A stretch of DNA of 63,272 nucleotides, filler included, from Octopus bimaculoides (Eukaryota): NCBI RefSeq assembly GCF_001194135.2. It is 7 parts of 6 records of this genome, joined end to end, with 100 filler letters (N's around TTAATTAATTAA, not from the genome) between each part and the next. Parts side by side here need not be neighbours in the genome. Positions count along the whole stretch, not along the records: positions 1 to 21,671 come from NC_068983.1; positions 21,772 to 38,704 come from NC_068986.1; 5 more parts are not named here. The stretch is one strand, 5' to 3'. Below the pieces are notes generated by a model. The model did not search any database and was not told where the DNA came from. It saw nothing but the letters and a program-made list of their open reading frames with translations. Each line of letters opens with the position of its first letter. Position 1 is the stretch's first letter. Of the stretch, positions 12,731-23,333 are shown in pieces. The position numbers and the translations under genes were made by a program.

Positions 12731-13476
12731 TGAGGGAACTTAAGACAATAAGTGAGCTAGAAAATAGTAATTAAAATTCTATCAAGCTATCTTACAAAAA
12801 AATGAAGGACACATTGGCACATTGGATACATAATGTCTGAACAATGAATAGGTTGGTCCTACTCTGGCCATAGTTCAACTGAGTCTGGGTTGACCTGGAG
12901 CTAAAAACCAGGTAAGTTTGACTATAGTGAATAATCACGAAATGATTAGATTCCAAATTAACTAGTTCCCAATGTAACTATCTGTGACTGATAGCCATAA
13001 CAAGTTAACAACTGCTCGTCCTGCAAGAAATAGCAGTTAACTTTCCTTCAAATCACACACAACTGTTGGCTAATGTAGTTCTCCTCACACATCTTTTGAA
13101 GAGAAAATCAAGAATGGTTGTAACTAGAGCACCTTTGATCATATCTACTTGATTAAGGATGAAGTTAGTCTAAAGAGCAACAAAGCTATCAACACTATCA
13201 CCAAATATTCCTCAAAATTACATCCCACTGTCTTAAAAAAAAAAGTAGGATACACTATACATGAAAAGACACACTAGACATGAAAAAGACAGAATGGTTA
13301 CAATTGGGATTCCTTTGACCATACATCTGCTTAACCAGGGCTGATTTGAGGCTAAACAATAACAGGTTCAGTCTGTCCATTTAGTTTAGTACTAGTGAGT
13401 CCTGTTTTATTTTCATAGAGTATCTCATAAAACAAGAGTAACTAGTAAAATAGATCATTTATATTGTGTGTGAGAG

Positions 13477-13681
13477 AGAGAAATAGAGAGAGGAAGAGAG
13501 AGAAAGAGGGAGAGGGAGAGAGAGAAAGAGAGAGAGGAAGAGAAAGAGAGAGAGGAAGAGAAAGAGAGAGAGGGAGAGAGAGAAAGAGAGAGGGAGAGAG
13601 AGAGAGAGAAAGAGAGAGAGAGAAAGAGAGAGAGAGAGGGAGAGAGACAGAAAGAGAGAGAGACAGAAAGAGAGAGAGAGA
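13477..13681. repeat. (GA)n-rich microsatellite
   Basis: Direct reading; explains the RE- and SL-repeat pseudo-ORFs. Confidence 0.95.
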
Positions 13682-13982
13682 GGCTGCATTGCGAGAAACT
13701 TCCTATCTTTCAAATCTGAGGATGATACATCTCGCTGAACCCAATCCATGAAAGTCTGTTGGAAGGAGTTATTTCCCTTGAAAGCAACTGACGCATACTG
13801 AACTAAGAATTCTAAAAATTACTTTTAAAAAAAGATAGACAACTTCGGCGAGATTAAATAATTAGTTAAACAGGCATAATTTAGCATGTAAACAAAGTGT
13901 TCTAATTACAGAAACAAAAAAAAAGTACATTATTTACATTATTTATATTTTACGGATATTTGTCCTCATCTTGTTTGTTGTT

Positions 13983-14028
13983 AACACGACGTTTCGGCTG
14001 ATATAGCCTCCAAACTTCATCAGGTGTC
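13983..14028 (-). ncRNA. Minimal type-I hammerhead ribozyme-like motif (SINE A tail)
   Basis: GACAC-CUGAUGA-A-stemII-GAA-ACGU-C/GUGUU: stem I GACAC:GUGUU, palindromic stem III ACGU, GUC triplet; stem II has mismatches in this copy. Confidence 0.65.
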
Positions 14029-14313
14029 TTGGGGAAATTTCGAACCTCGGTTCTCATTCCTAAGGTATTTTTCGATGTTATTATTATTATTATTATTTTA
14101 TTATTATTCAGGTCACTGCTTGGAATTAAACTCGGAATTTTAGGGTTAACAGCCCGCGCTCTTAACCACTACAACCACAGGCATATGGCGTAGTGGTTAA
14201 GAGCGTGGGCTAACCCCAAGATTCCGAGTTCAATTCCAGGCAGTGACCTGAACAACAACGTCGACGACGACGACAGCCTTAGGAATGAGAACCCAGGTTC
14301 GAAATTTCCCCAA

Positions 14314-14359
14314 GATACCTGATAAAGGCTGGAAGCTATATCAGCCGAAACGTTGTGTT
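14314..14359 (+). ncRNA. Minimal type-I hammerhead ribozyme-like motif (SINE A tail, G8A)
   Basis: GAUAC-CUGAUAA-A-GGCUG...CAGCC-GAA-ACGU-U/GUGUU; perfect 5-bp stem II but core G8 is mutated. Confidence 0.6.
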
Positions 14360-15392
14360 AACAACAAACATGATGAGGACAAATATCCGTCAAATGTAAA
14401 TAATGTACATAATTCCTCATCTCTTAAATATAGAACTGAAAAAAAAAGGAAATAAAAATCACAGACGGTAATTACTCATAAAAAAAAAATTAGTGTAAAT
14501 GTATTCAATATAGTGAGAATCAAAAATCTAATTAGAAATAATTAAGCAGTGAGAAGACAATATTAGCTTAACAACCTTATTGATTAATAGATATTTTAAT
14601 CTAGCAAGTACAGGAGACAGTGCTAGACATATTTAGATCTTATACTCTCAACTGAGGCAATAAAATGATGAGAAAATCACTAAGCATAGGATGTTGTATA
14701 TGAGTAGGTATCAAGTATCAGTATATTTAGAATAAATAAACCACTGAGGTTAATCACTTAAAGATGCCATCAAAATCAAAAATGTAATTCGAAATATTTA
14801 TGCAGGCAGCTCTCCATAATTAACGTAAGAATACCCTAGAGTGTTCTCCCATTACATTCTCTAGAACTATAAGAGCCTGTACAAGCTAACAAAACAAATT
14901 AGTTATTTCTATATTATATCCAATGAGTGAGCTTTGACTCTTAAGAAACTAAGGGCACATTAGATAATGTATTCCTAGATATAGCAAAAGCTAAAATACA
15001 TGCAGCTGGAAAACTTTTATTCACAAGTCTGCTTGATCAAGCAATAAATAAATAAATATTGGGCCTAAACAATAAAAACTGGTGCAAGATGCTTATATAG
15101 ACAGGTAAAAATGATCCATAGACAAGTAAAAATGACCCAGTAGAAGTTAAGTACCTCGACCAAAGACAGCATCTGTTAATAGGATGTTCTATTGACTTCA
15201 CCAGCCACTATCTATTAAGTTACAAAACAATTTTCTAAGTTCAGTGACCTCCAGCTTTGAGAATCAAATCCTCTTAAAACTACAACGCTACCATTCCTCC
15301 TCCTCCAATCAGATGTAGGTACCAGTAAAATACAGAGTTGTTGATTAGAGATTATACTACCATTCTCTAAAAATGAGGTACAAAATACATAC

Positions 15393-15464
15393 CAATCCAG
15401 CTGTTGGTACCATAATGGAACTTTCCATCATCCGTTGATCCCAGTGAGAAAGAAGCTGACCATC
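15393..15464 (-). CDS. CIROP: CIROP-like exon 5: DGQLLSHWDQRMMESSIMVPTAGL
   Basis: ttccag acceptor, GTATGT donor, phase 0/0, 72 bp; third zinc-ligand His (SHW) and Met-turn. Confidence 0.95.
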
Positions 15465-15622
15465 CTGGAAGTATATAAAACATTCTGAATTAGACATGGA
15501 CAAAAGTATGTTCAAAATAGGTTGCACCAGGGACTGTAGTTGAGTGAACTTAGTCTGGTACTCAACAGATTCTGCCATTCCACCACCCTTAATCAATAAT
15601 AATGAAATAAACAGTATCCTAC

Positions 15623-15780
15623 CTTAGTTTCCATAAGGACCCCATAGTCAACATCAGTGCTGCATCCAAAATGTTGACGAGCCTTCCTCACTACTGATGG
15701 CAGTGTTAATCTTTGGCGACCTGAAGTAGCAAGGCTGCTGTCCACAGATGAGATACATGGCAGTTCACTGTCTTCAAAGG
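15623..15780 (-). CDS. CIROP: CIROP-like exon 4: (A)FEDSELPCISSVDSSLATSGRQRLTLPSVVRKARQHFGCSTDVDYGVLMETK
   Basis: tttcag acceptor, GTAGGA donor, phase 1/0, 158 bp; P.V...AR.HFGC motif of M8 peptidases. Confidence 0.93.
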
Positions 15781-15879
15781 CTGAAAAAAAGGCGAAAGGA
15801 TAAACATATATATCTGTCTATCTATATCAATTGATAAATATATATATATATGCATATATACATGTGTGTGTGTATGTGT

Positions 15880-16329
15880 GTAAATATATATACATATGAA
15901 TGCTCGAAATGAGGAGTAGATAGACAGCCGACAACTGATGAAGGGTCCTTTCTCTGTGTTTACTTGTCCTGTTTTCCATTTTTTTCTCGTTTACGTATTT
16001 CATGTTCTTTGAACCGTTGGTGACGTCCTGTACCCATATATGCATGTATGTGCGTGTGTGTATAGATGTATGCGTGCATGCGATAATGTACGCAGTTTTA
16101 GACGCGTTTTGTCACTACACAGTAATTTCCCTTTGTTTTTAACGGTCATTTTCACAGGAATTTTCAATTGGCTGGATAACTGAAGAGATGTTGGCGTGGG
16201 CTCCCACTCTGGCATCCGAAACTCGGAGTTTTATCATGGCTACTGAATAAGTGTCACATACTTTTACAGATAAATTCCTCTATTTGAATAATATCGAGGT
16301 CTCTTTCTTTCTTTTGTTGTCTTTCCTGT

Positions 16330-16330
<1 letters not shown>
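15880..16330 (+). mobile_element. Young CpG-rich short interspersed element carrying a hammerhead-like motif
   Basis: Abrupt CpG-rich island between (TA)/(CA) microsatellites within a CpG-depleted intron; no ORF; boundaries approximate. Confidence 0.55.
16175..16235 (+). ncRNA. Type-I hammerhead ribozyme-like motif
   Basis: GAUAA-CUGAAGA-GAUGUUGG..CUGGCAUC-C-GAA-ACU(CGG)AGU-U/UUAUC: perfect 5-bp stem I, 8-bp stem II with G:U pairs, 3-bp stem III. Confidence 0.65.
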
Positions 16331-16364
<34 letters not shown>

Positions 16365-17263
16365 CAAAGTGCACTACAGAGTGCAACGCATTGCCAAAAG
16401 GTTTGGGCTCATAGGTAGTTCCACATTCCACTCTTATACTTAACATGGTTTGACAATAAGAGGAGAAACAGATCCCAAATTTGTCAATGAAATAGTCACT
16501 AGAAATAGATTAGTGTACAAACGTGTGAAAAGTCATCTCTTATTGTTTTTTTAAAGTTTAGTTATAAGAAGAAAAGCACTTACATCTATTAAACAAATCT
16601 AGTAGCAAGTAGCAAGGATGTTGAAACAGGGCTGGAAGTTAATGCAACAAGATACAAGCATGTGACTCCTCAACTGGTATCCAAACAACTATCTCCATAG
16701 AAAATCTATCAATTAAGAGCTTCCATGCGGTCACTCAAACTGTTAGAAATAGTAACCAAATGTTCCTCAAATGACACCCTATCATCCATTGTAAAACAAA
16801 ATATGGGAAGATAAACTTGGACAATGTACTTCTAGACATACTAAAACCACAGGATGGTTAGAGTGAGAGAACAGCACCAAATGTTTCTGAATATTTCAAA
16901 AAGGATGCAATGGGGTATTTTTGTTGTTTTTTAAGTCATAGCTTACTAGATTTTTGTTTGTGCTTTACAGGGCACATGCTCAGTTGGTTTACTGTTGCCT
17001 TCTCTGGGAGGGCAGAAAACATTTTAATTTTTAGGGAGTAGGGAAATGGAATTTGTGATCTTCAAGCCTTTTCAAAATCCTTACAAATATAAATGAAGTG
17101 ACTGTAACTGGGAATTTAAGCAAAATGATAGACTCTGCTCTTCAGGAATTTCCTTTAAACCATGTTTGTTAAACATCTCAGGACAAAATTAATAATTTAT
17201 ACTGAAACCAAGATAATTATTAAAAAAATGAAATAATAAATAAATTAAATAAATAAAACTTAC

Positions 17264-17339
17264 CAGGCTTACAAGTTTCAAATTTTTTCAGTAAACTCTT
17301 GGAAAAACCAACTGCATGAAACAATTCGTGCATAGCAAC
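17264..17339 (-). CDS. CIROP: CIROP-like exon 3 (catalytic): VAMHELFHAVGFSKSLLKKFETCKP
   Basis: ttttccag acceptor, GTAAGT donor, phase 0/1, 76 bp; intact HEXXH (HELFH) followed by A.GFS. Confidence 0.96.
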
Positions 17340-18184
17340 CTGGAAAACAAATGTTTGTTCAAGTTTCCTTAATGCAATTTAATTCAACTGGATAACCAAG
17401 CTTGTACATCAGACTGATGTAGTATTGATCACATGACACAGCAAATATGTGAAACACACAATGTTACATGTTATATCTTTCATGTCTTTTTATACACATT
17501 TAACTGCTGCTAACTTGTGTTTTCAGATTCAAATTGAGTGGGTATGGACTAGTTTTCAAACACATGGTAATAGGACAGGGATTAGTTTTCAAACTCACCA
17601 AGAGATATAAAGCCAACTGCACTTGTTACAGAAGCAAGGTATACTTGTTGTAGAAGCAAGCTGCAATTGCAGAAGCAAGCTGCACTTGCAAAAGCAAACA
17701 GCACTTTCAGAAGCAAACAGCATGCTATCCTCACTATAGAAAGCAGCTGTACTTGCTTCAAAATTCAACCATACTTGTTCTAAAACCCAGCTACATTTGT
17801 TGTAAATGCCATCTATCTGCAATTATAAAAACTCATTGCAGTTATTGTACTCCAGGATGATAAAGTGTAACTCCTGAGTGTTACACTCCATTGTTCCAAA
17901 CCATTCACTGACTAAGTATATTCATTATTCTTCAGAGATGACAAATGAAGTAAGTTAATATACTAATTCAATTAGTATATTGAACCTCCTGCTACCTAAT
18001 TAACAGTGTACCTAGTCATTTTCCTTATCATAGCAGAGCTTCTGATGTTGTTTTTTACCTTTGGTTGACATGGCCTAGGTAAATCTTCAATACAATAGCT
18101 CTTTCAACCATATTTTAATCACTCGTTTCCAAGTTTTTGTTAAAAGACTAATGTTTTTCACCATCACCATCATCATCTACTTAC

Positions 18185-18304
18185 CACATACATGCTGTCT
18201 TCATCTACATCAAGTTGGTTAGGACAGAAATTAATCATACCAGAAATTGGACGTCCACTTTGGTCAGTTTGGCAGTAACCAGCAAAAGCTATTACATGCT
18301 TATC
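18185..18304 (-). CDS. CIROP: CIROP-like exon 2: DKHVIAFAGYCQTDQSGRPISGMINFCPNQLDVDEDSMYV
   Basis: ttgcag acceptor, GTAAGT donor, phase 0/0, 120 bp; IA.A..CQ.D..GRP..G..N.CP motif. Confidence 0.95.
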
Positions 18305-18856
18305 CTGCAATAAATAAATAACAAAACACTATTAAATATCAAGCAAACAAAAGAGCTTTTTTGATAATTCACTAGCTAGAAATAGCAGTCAAGTCCCTGT
18401 CAAGTCACACCTGATAAGAAGGATACACTGGATAATGCAGTCATAGATATATTATGTCTGAAAAAAAACATCATGGTCACAAGTGGAATGTGTTTTATCA
18501 TGGTCTGCTCTGTCATTATGAACCCAGGACTAACTACGAAATGTGTCTTTCTCTTTTATAAAAACATTTAAAACAAATTTAGCAGAGATAATCCTTCAGT
18601 ATATTTTTACTTTTTTTTAAATCAAATACCAGAAGTGTATGAGTGATTCTAAGATAGGCACAAGGACTTATCTTAGAACCAATTAGAAAATTGGGAGAAA
18701 AGGTAATACTTGATTAGTACTTATTTTTAATCAACCTCCAGAGAAAGCAAAGTTGACCCCAGCAGCAATCAAGGTCAGAATAAAAAAGGAAGCATCTAAG
18801 TACTGTAAGATATTTTACCCATGTCTATAATTTAATGAACTAAAACGTATTGTATT

Positions 18857-19740
18857 CTTTCTGACAGAGTGTAAGCGCCCTGAGAGAAAAGTTGGACATA
18901 AGAAGCATCAGATGTGGTGTGCAAGAGAAACGATTGCACTGGTATGGTCACATGTTGCATATGGATGAGGACAGCTGTGTGAAAAAATGTCACGCCCTAA
19001 CAGTGGAGGGAACCTGTGAAAGAGGTAGACCCAGGAAGACATGGGATGAGGTAGTGAAGCATGACCTTCAAACACTGGGCCTCATGGAGGCAATGACAAG
19101 CGACCAAGACCTTTGGAGATATGCTGTAATTGAGAAGACCCAGCAAGCCTATGCTAGTGTAGCATAACCAGCCCATTTAAGAGTACCCTTCAATCATTGG
19201 GCAATAAACTGTGCTTGAGAAGACCTGCTGATTCAAGTTAAATCATTGTCATGGCCGATGCCAGTCCACCTGACTGGCACCCATGCCGGTGGCACGTAAA
19301 AAAGCACCATTCGAACATGACCAATGCCAGTCCCACCAGACTGGCTCCCATGCCAGTGGCATGTAAAATGCATCATTCAAACATGGTCGATGCCAGTGCC
19401 GCCTGACTGGTCCCATGCCAGTGACACATAAAAAGTACCATTCAAGCGTGGTCATTGCCAGTGTTGCCTGACTGGCTCCTGTGCCAGTGACACATAAAAA
19501 GCACCATTCGAGCATGATCAATGCCAATACCGCCTGACTGGCCCTCGTGCCAGTGGCACATAAAAAGCACCCACTACACTCTTGGAGTGGCTGGTGTTAG
19601 GAAGGGCATCCAGCTGTAGAGACTCTGCCAAATTAGATTGGAGCCTGGTGTTGCCATCCGGTTTCACCAGTCCTCAGTCAAATCGTCCAACCCCTGCCAG
19701 CATGGAAAGCGGATGTTAAACGATGATGATGATGATGATG
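18857..19740 (+). mobile_element. 5'-truncated RTE (BovB-like) LINE with 3' UTR tandem repeats
   Basis: ORF end RLHWYGHMLHM...GRPRKTWDEVVKHDL typical of RTE; five ~66-bp tandem units at 19252-19572; (GAT)n tail. Confidence 0.88.
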
Positions 19741-20347
19741 CGAAAGAAAAAAGTGAAGAACTATAATCAGAGAAAAATCAGTGATGGCAGATATTCTAAG
19801 AATGTGATAAGACTGAGAATCAGAAGAAACAGCTGATGGTCAGTATCAGCAACAAATAATCCAAGGCAACATAATTCTTGTGAGGAATGGAAGAGATTTG
19901 ACCATTCAGGTTCAGATCTTTTATTGAGGAGGAAGACGAGAAAGACTTCCAGGTGTTGTAGTTGAAGAATATTAATATTGCTGATTTTCACATCAGCACA
20001 AAGCCAGGAATTCATAAGAAAGAATTATAGCCAGCTAAATCAATTCTATTAAAATACTTGATACATATTCAATCAATTCTGCAGGATGAATAAGGAAGCT
20101 AACATATATAACTTAGCAGTTCAACAAAAAGAAACTGCTATGGTAACAAGCTTACAAGTTTAAAAACTAAGTAATAGGGTTCATTTGTTTGAGTAAACAT
20201 TTCAAGGTGGTGCCACAGCATGGCTGCAGTTCAGTGACTGATACAAGTGCAAGATAAAAGATATATATCAAACTGCAAAGCAGTGATAACACATGATTTT
20301 AAGACACAGTGCATTATTTAAGAAGTTGTATAGAATTAGTGTCTTAC

Positions 20348-20497
20348 CTTCAACCAGCAATTGCTGGATTCTTTAACAGAGACATACAACAAATAATCAG
20401 TATCGTTGACACCAGGACCAGAAGAAAAATAAGTTTTCACAGGTTCCTTCCCTGTACGATTCCATACTGAAAACCCTTCTAAGTGATCATCAGGAAT
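20348..20497 (-). CDS. CIROP: CIROP-like exon 1 of those resolved: IPDDHLEGFSVWNRTGKEPVKTYFSSGPGVNDTDYLLYVSVKESSNCWLK
   Basis: tttcag acceptor, GTAAGA donor, phase 0/0, 150 bp; IPD.HL...GPGV..TD.LLYV motif. Confidence 0.93.
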
Positions 20498-21671
20498 CTG
20501 AAATAGAGGAATAAATATATTAAAGTATCTTGAGAAAAGAAAGCTATATGATGACAAATAACCTAATCATTTAATGTTACAAATAAAATCAATTTAGACT
20601 GGAAAATTTGTTTTTAAAAAATCAGTATTCTTTTGATCCTCAATAATCTACAATATCTAGAAACTAATTATAGCTTTAATATTGAAAAACAGATGAGCTT
20701 ATTGTATAAGTGCTCAGATGCACAAGACAGAATCATCATCATCATTATCATCATTTTACATCATCTTTCCATGCTGGCATACATTAGAAGGGTCACCTCA
20801 ACTTGAGCCAGTTCGTATTCAGAGTTACAACCCTCTCAGATGGGTCGCAAGACTTCTGGAATCCTATGACCCTATGTTTTCTCCATTTATTTGGCAACTT
20901 TATAGTGTATTCAAAGCACATTTTATCTTGGTATCAATGTTACTAAAGATTGCCTTGAATCCTACAATACAAAAAGGTCCTCATTGTTCAATGATGTCTC
21001 AGTTCACTGAGCATTGCAAGTAACATGACTGATGGAGTGAACAGAAGAGTGTGTGATAGCAGAAGATGAACTCAAGTGAGACCAAGAAAGAGGTGTCAAA
21101 AGGAAATGAAAACCAGTAATGACAGAGAAGCAATGATGATGGATAGTAATGAGAGAGAGTGGGAGAGAGACTAATGGAAGCTACATCTTTGCTAGCAAGA
21201 GAGAGAGAGAGTGACTGATAGATAAAAGAATACATACATACAATAAAGAACAAATACATGCATACACGCAGCGATAGTCATGCTCGTCTAAAGAGAAGAC
21301 AGCATGCATGTATGTATTTACGCATGTGTGAAGCTAATTCTGTTATTGGGAAGACTGTAGGTGGGTTTTTTTTTTTTTTTTTAAAGTTAATTGTTAACTC
21401 TTTTGTTACCATATTCCTGAAATACATTGCCTTTGTTTCAATTAATTTTGAAAGTAATGAAGAATTTGGTAAAATAATTTTGTCTTTAAGATGGTGTTTT
21501 GGAAATGAATTAACATGAAATTTTGACAGAAAATTTTAATTTAGATCACTTTAAAACAGGTAATTTGTTTAAAAAACTAGGTGGTCTTTGGTGGGTTGGT
21601 ATCAAAATGTTGAAGGTACTTTTTTTTCATTTCTTCAAAATTAAACCACCATCATTTTACATTTGCTTTCC

Positions 21672-21771
21672 NNNNNNNNNNNNNNNNNNNNNNNNNNNNN
21701 NNNNNNNNNNNNNNNTTAATTAATTAANNNNNNNNNNNNNNNNNNNNNNNNNNNNNNNNNNNNNNNNNNNN
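21672..21771. other. Artificial scaffold-join spacer N44-TTAATTAATTAA-N44
   Basis: Identical 100-bp construct also at 38705-38804, 43103-43202, 47069-47168, 57897-57996 and 60493-60592. Confidence 0.95.
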
Positions 21772-21984
21772 TATTAGGAGGTCACAGGAATTCATTCACC
21801 GAAAAAAAAATTTCCAGTGATTCCAGAACAGGGTGATCCCCTAAGCCCCCTTTTTTTCTGAACCAAAATAAGGAATTTGCAGCATATTAGGTCAGGTTAC
21901 TTCATTCCACGCAAAAAATCCATGTTTTTTTTTTTTTCTAAGTGAAACTTGTGCGGTCATTACATAAAAAAAATACTCTACATG

Positions 21985-22348
21985 TTTTCGGGTTCAGTCT
22001 CACTGCGTGGCACCTTGGGCAAGTGTCTTCTACTATAGCCTCGGGCCGATCAAAGCCCTGCGAGTGGATTTGGTAGACGGAAACTGAAATAAGCCTGTCG
22101 TATATATGTCTGTGTGTGTACGTGTATGTGTGTTTATATTTGTGTGCCTGTGTTTGTCCCCCACCTACCTTCACTTGACAACCGATGCTGGTGTGTTTAC
22201 GTTCACGTTACTTAGCGGTTTGACAAAACAGACTGATAGAAGAAGTACTTATTAGGGTTAGAAAGAATAAGTCCTGAGGTCGATTTGTTCGGCTAAAGGC
22301 GGCGCTCCAGCATGGCCGCATTCAAATGACTGAAACAAGTAAAAAAAT
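21985..22348 (+). mobile_element. Composite CORE-like SINE, family C (tRNA head + CACCTTGGGCAAGT core + microsatellite + conserved tail ending GACTGAAACAAGTAAAA)
   Basis: Homologous copies at 28440-28880 (-), 47470-47865 (-), 50935-51350 (+), 53232-53760 (+); many partial copies elsewhere. Confidence 0.8.
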
Positions 22349-22353
22349 AAAAG

Positions 22354-22384
<31 letters not shown>

Positions 22385-22572
22385 GTAAGCACATAAATAC
22401 AAAACAAGGTGGAAAAATTAGTACTGGAATACCAAAGGTACAGCAATATGCTTTCATTAAACTCGAAGAAAAGTCTTCATGAAGTGTTACTCAGAGTTTC
22501 ACGTTCGGACCGCGTTGATATAAGGGCGTGTGTGTGTGTGTGTGCGTGTGTGCGTGTCTGTGTGTGTATGTA

Positions 22573-22784
22573 TGCCAGGTACTGAAAAGTTCCTGGCATT
22601 GGGTAAAGGAAAAGAGTATCGCTTAATTATGACTTTATGAAACATAGTCCCCTTTCAGATTCACACACTTAATGCAGCGGTCCTTCAGTTTTTCCAAGCC
22701 TTGTAAAAGAACTCGGAAGGTTGGGCCTCCAGCCAGGCTTTTCGCGACACCCTTAAAACCAGGCACGTTTCAGCACCCCCTCGT
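22573..22784. mobile_element. Mariner-derived MITE
   Basis: Imperfect TIRs ...GTACTGAAAAGTTCCTGG / CCAGGCACGTTTCAGCACCCCCTCGT, in a TA-containing context. Confidence 0.6.
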
Positions 22785-23264
22785 GTATTTGTGTGTGTGT
22801 CTGTGTCTGTGCGTGCGCAAGTATGTGCGTAATAAAATGTCGACTGTTTAAATGAAAGACGGTCACGTACGAATTAGATACCTATTGCCCTGGATATCTT
22901 ACAGACAAGATTCTATGTTAATTTACCACCACCATCGCGAAACAAAATCGAATTAGAAAGAAGGTAACCTTCAGTTATAAGCGTGTCGCTTCCATTTGTT
23001 TATATATTTATTTATCTATTTATCTATTTATTTATTTACTTATTATTGATCTACTTATTTTTGTGTCTATGTGCTTCGGTGAGCAATAAAATCCGGCATA
23101 CAATCATGACTAATATAATTAGTTGGATGTAATTGTTTAGGAAATGGTTCCAATAACTGCCGGCAGAAATTATCTGATGAATCTGAACCTTATAAACGAT
23201 TGCGCACAAATGTGTGAAGGTATGTGCGTATATGTATGTACGTATGTATGTATGTCTATACAGG

Positions 23265-23333
<69 letters not shown>

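Larger units (their letters stand above)
13925..14438. mobile_element. Head-to-head inverted pair of tRNA-headed SINE family A with a hammerhead-like tail
   Basis: 13925-14172 is the reverse complement of 14190-14410. A box TGGCGTAGTGG and B box GAGTTCAATTCC in the + copy; CpG-rich, so young. Confidence 0.85.

Noticed and set aside
15357-15596. 79-aa ORF read as one long exon
   Set aside because: Only 15393-15464 is exonic; the upstream part is intron with a stop soon after the exon-4 donor.
19252-19572. Regularly spaced repeats resembling a CRISPR array
   Set aside because: Contiguous tandem units without unique spacers, inside a LINE 3' UTR in a eukaryote.
21716-21727. TTAATTAATTAA islands as biological motifs (piggyBac TSD or homeodomain sites)
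   Set aside because: Always centred in an identical 100-bp N spacer; an assembly construct.
23141-23219. Isolated + strand AG...GT segment (EMVPITAGRNYLMNLNLINDCAQMCE)
   Set aside because: No homology recognised, donor abuts a microsatellite, and no compatible partner exons; the same applies to 30711-30740.
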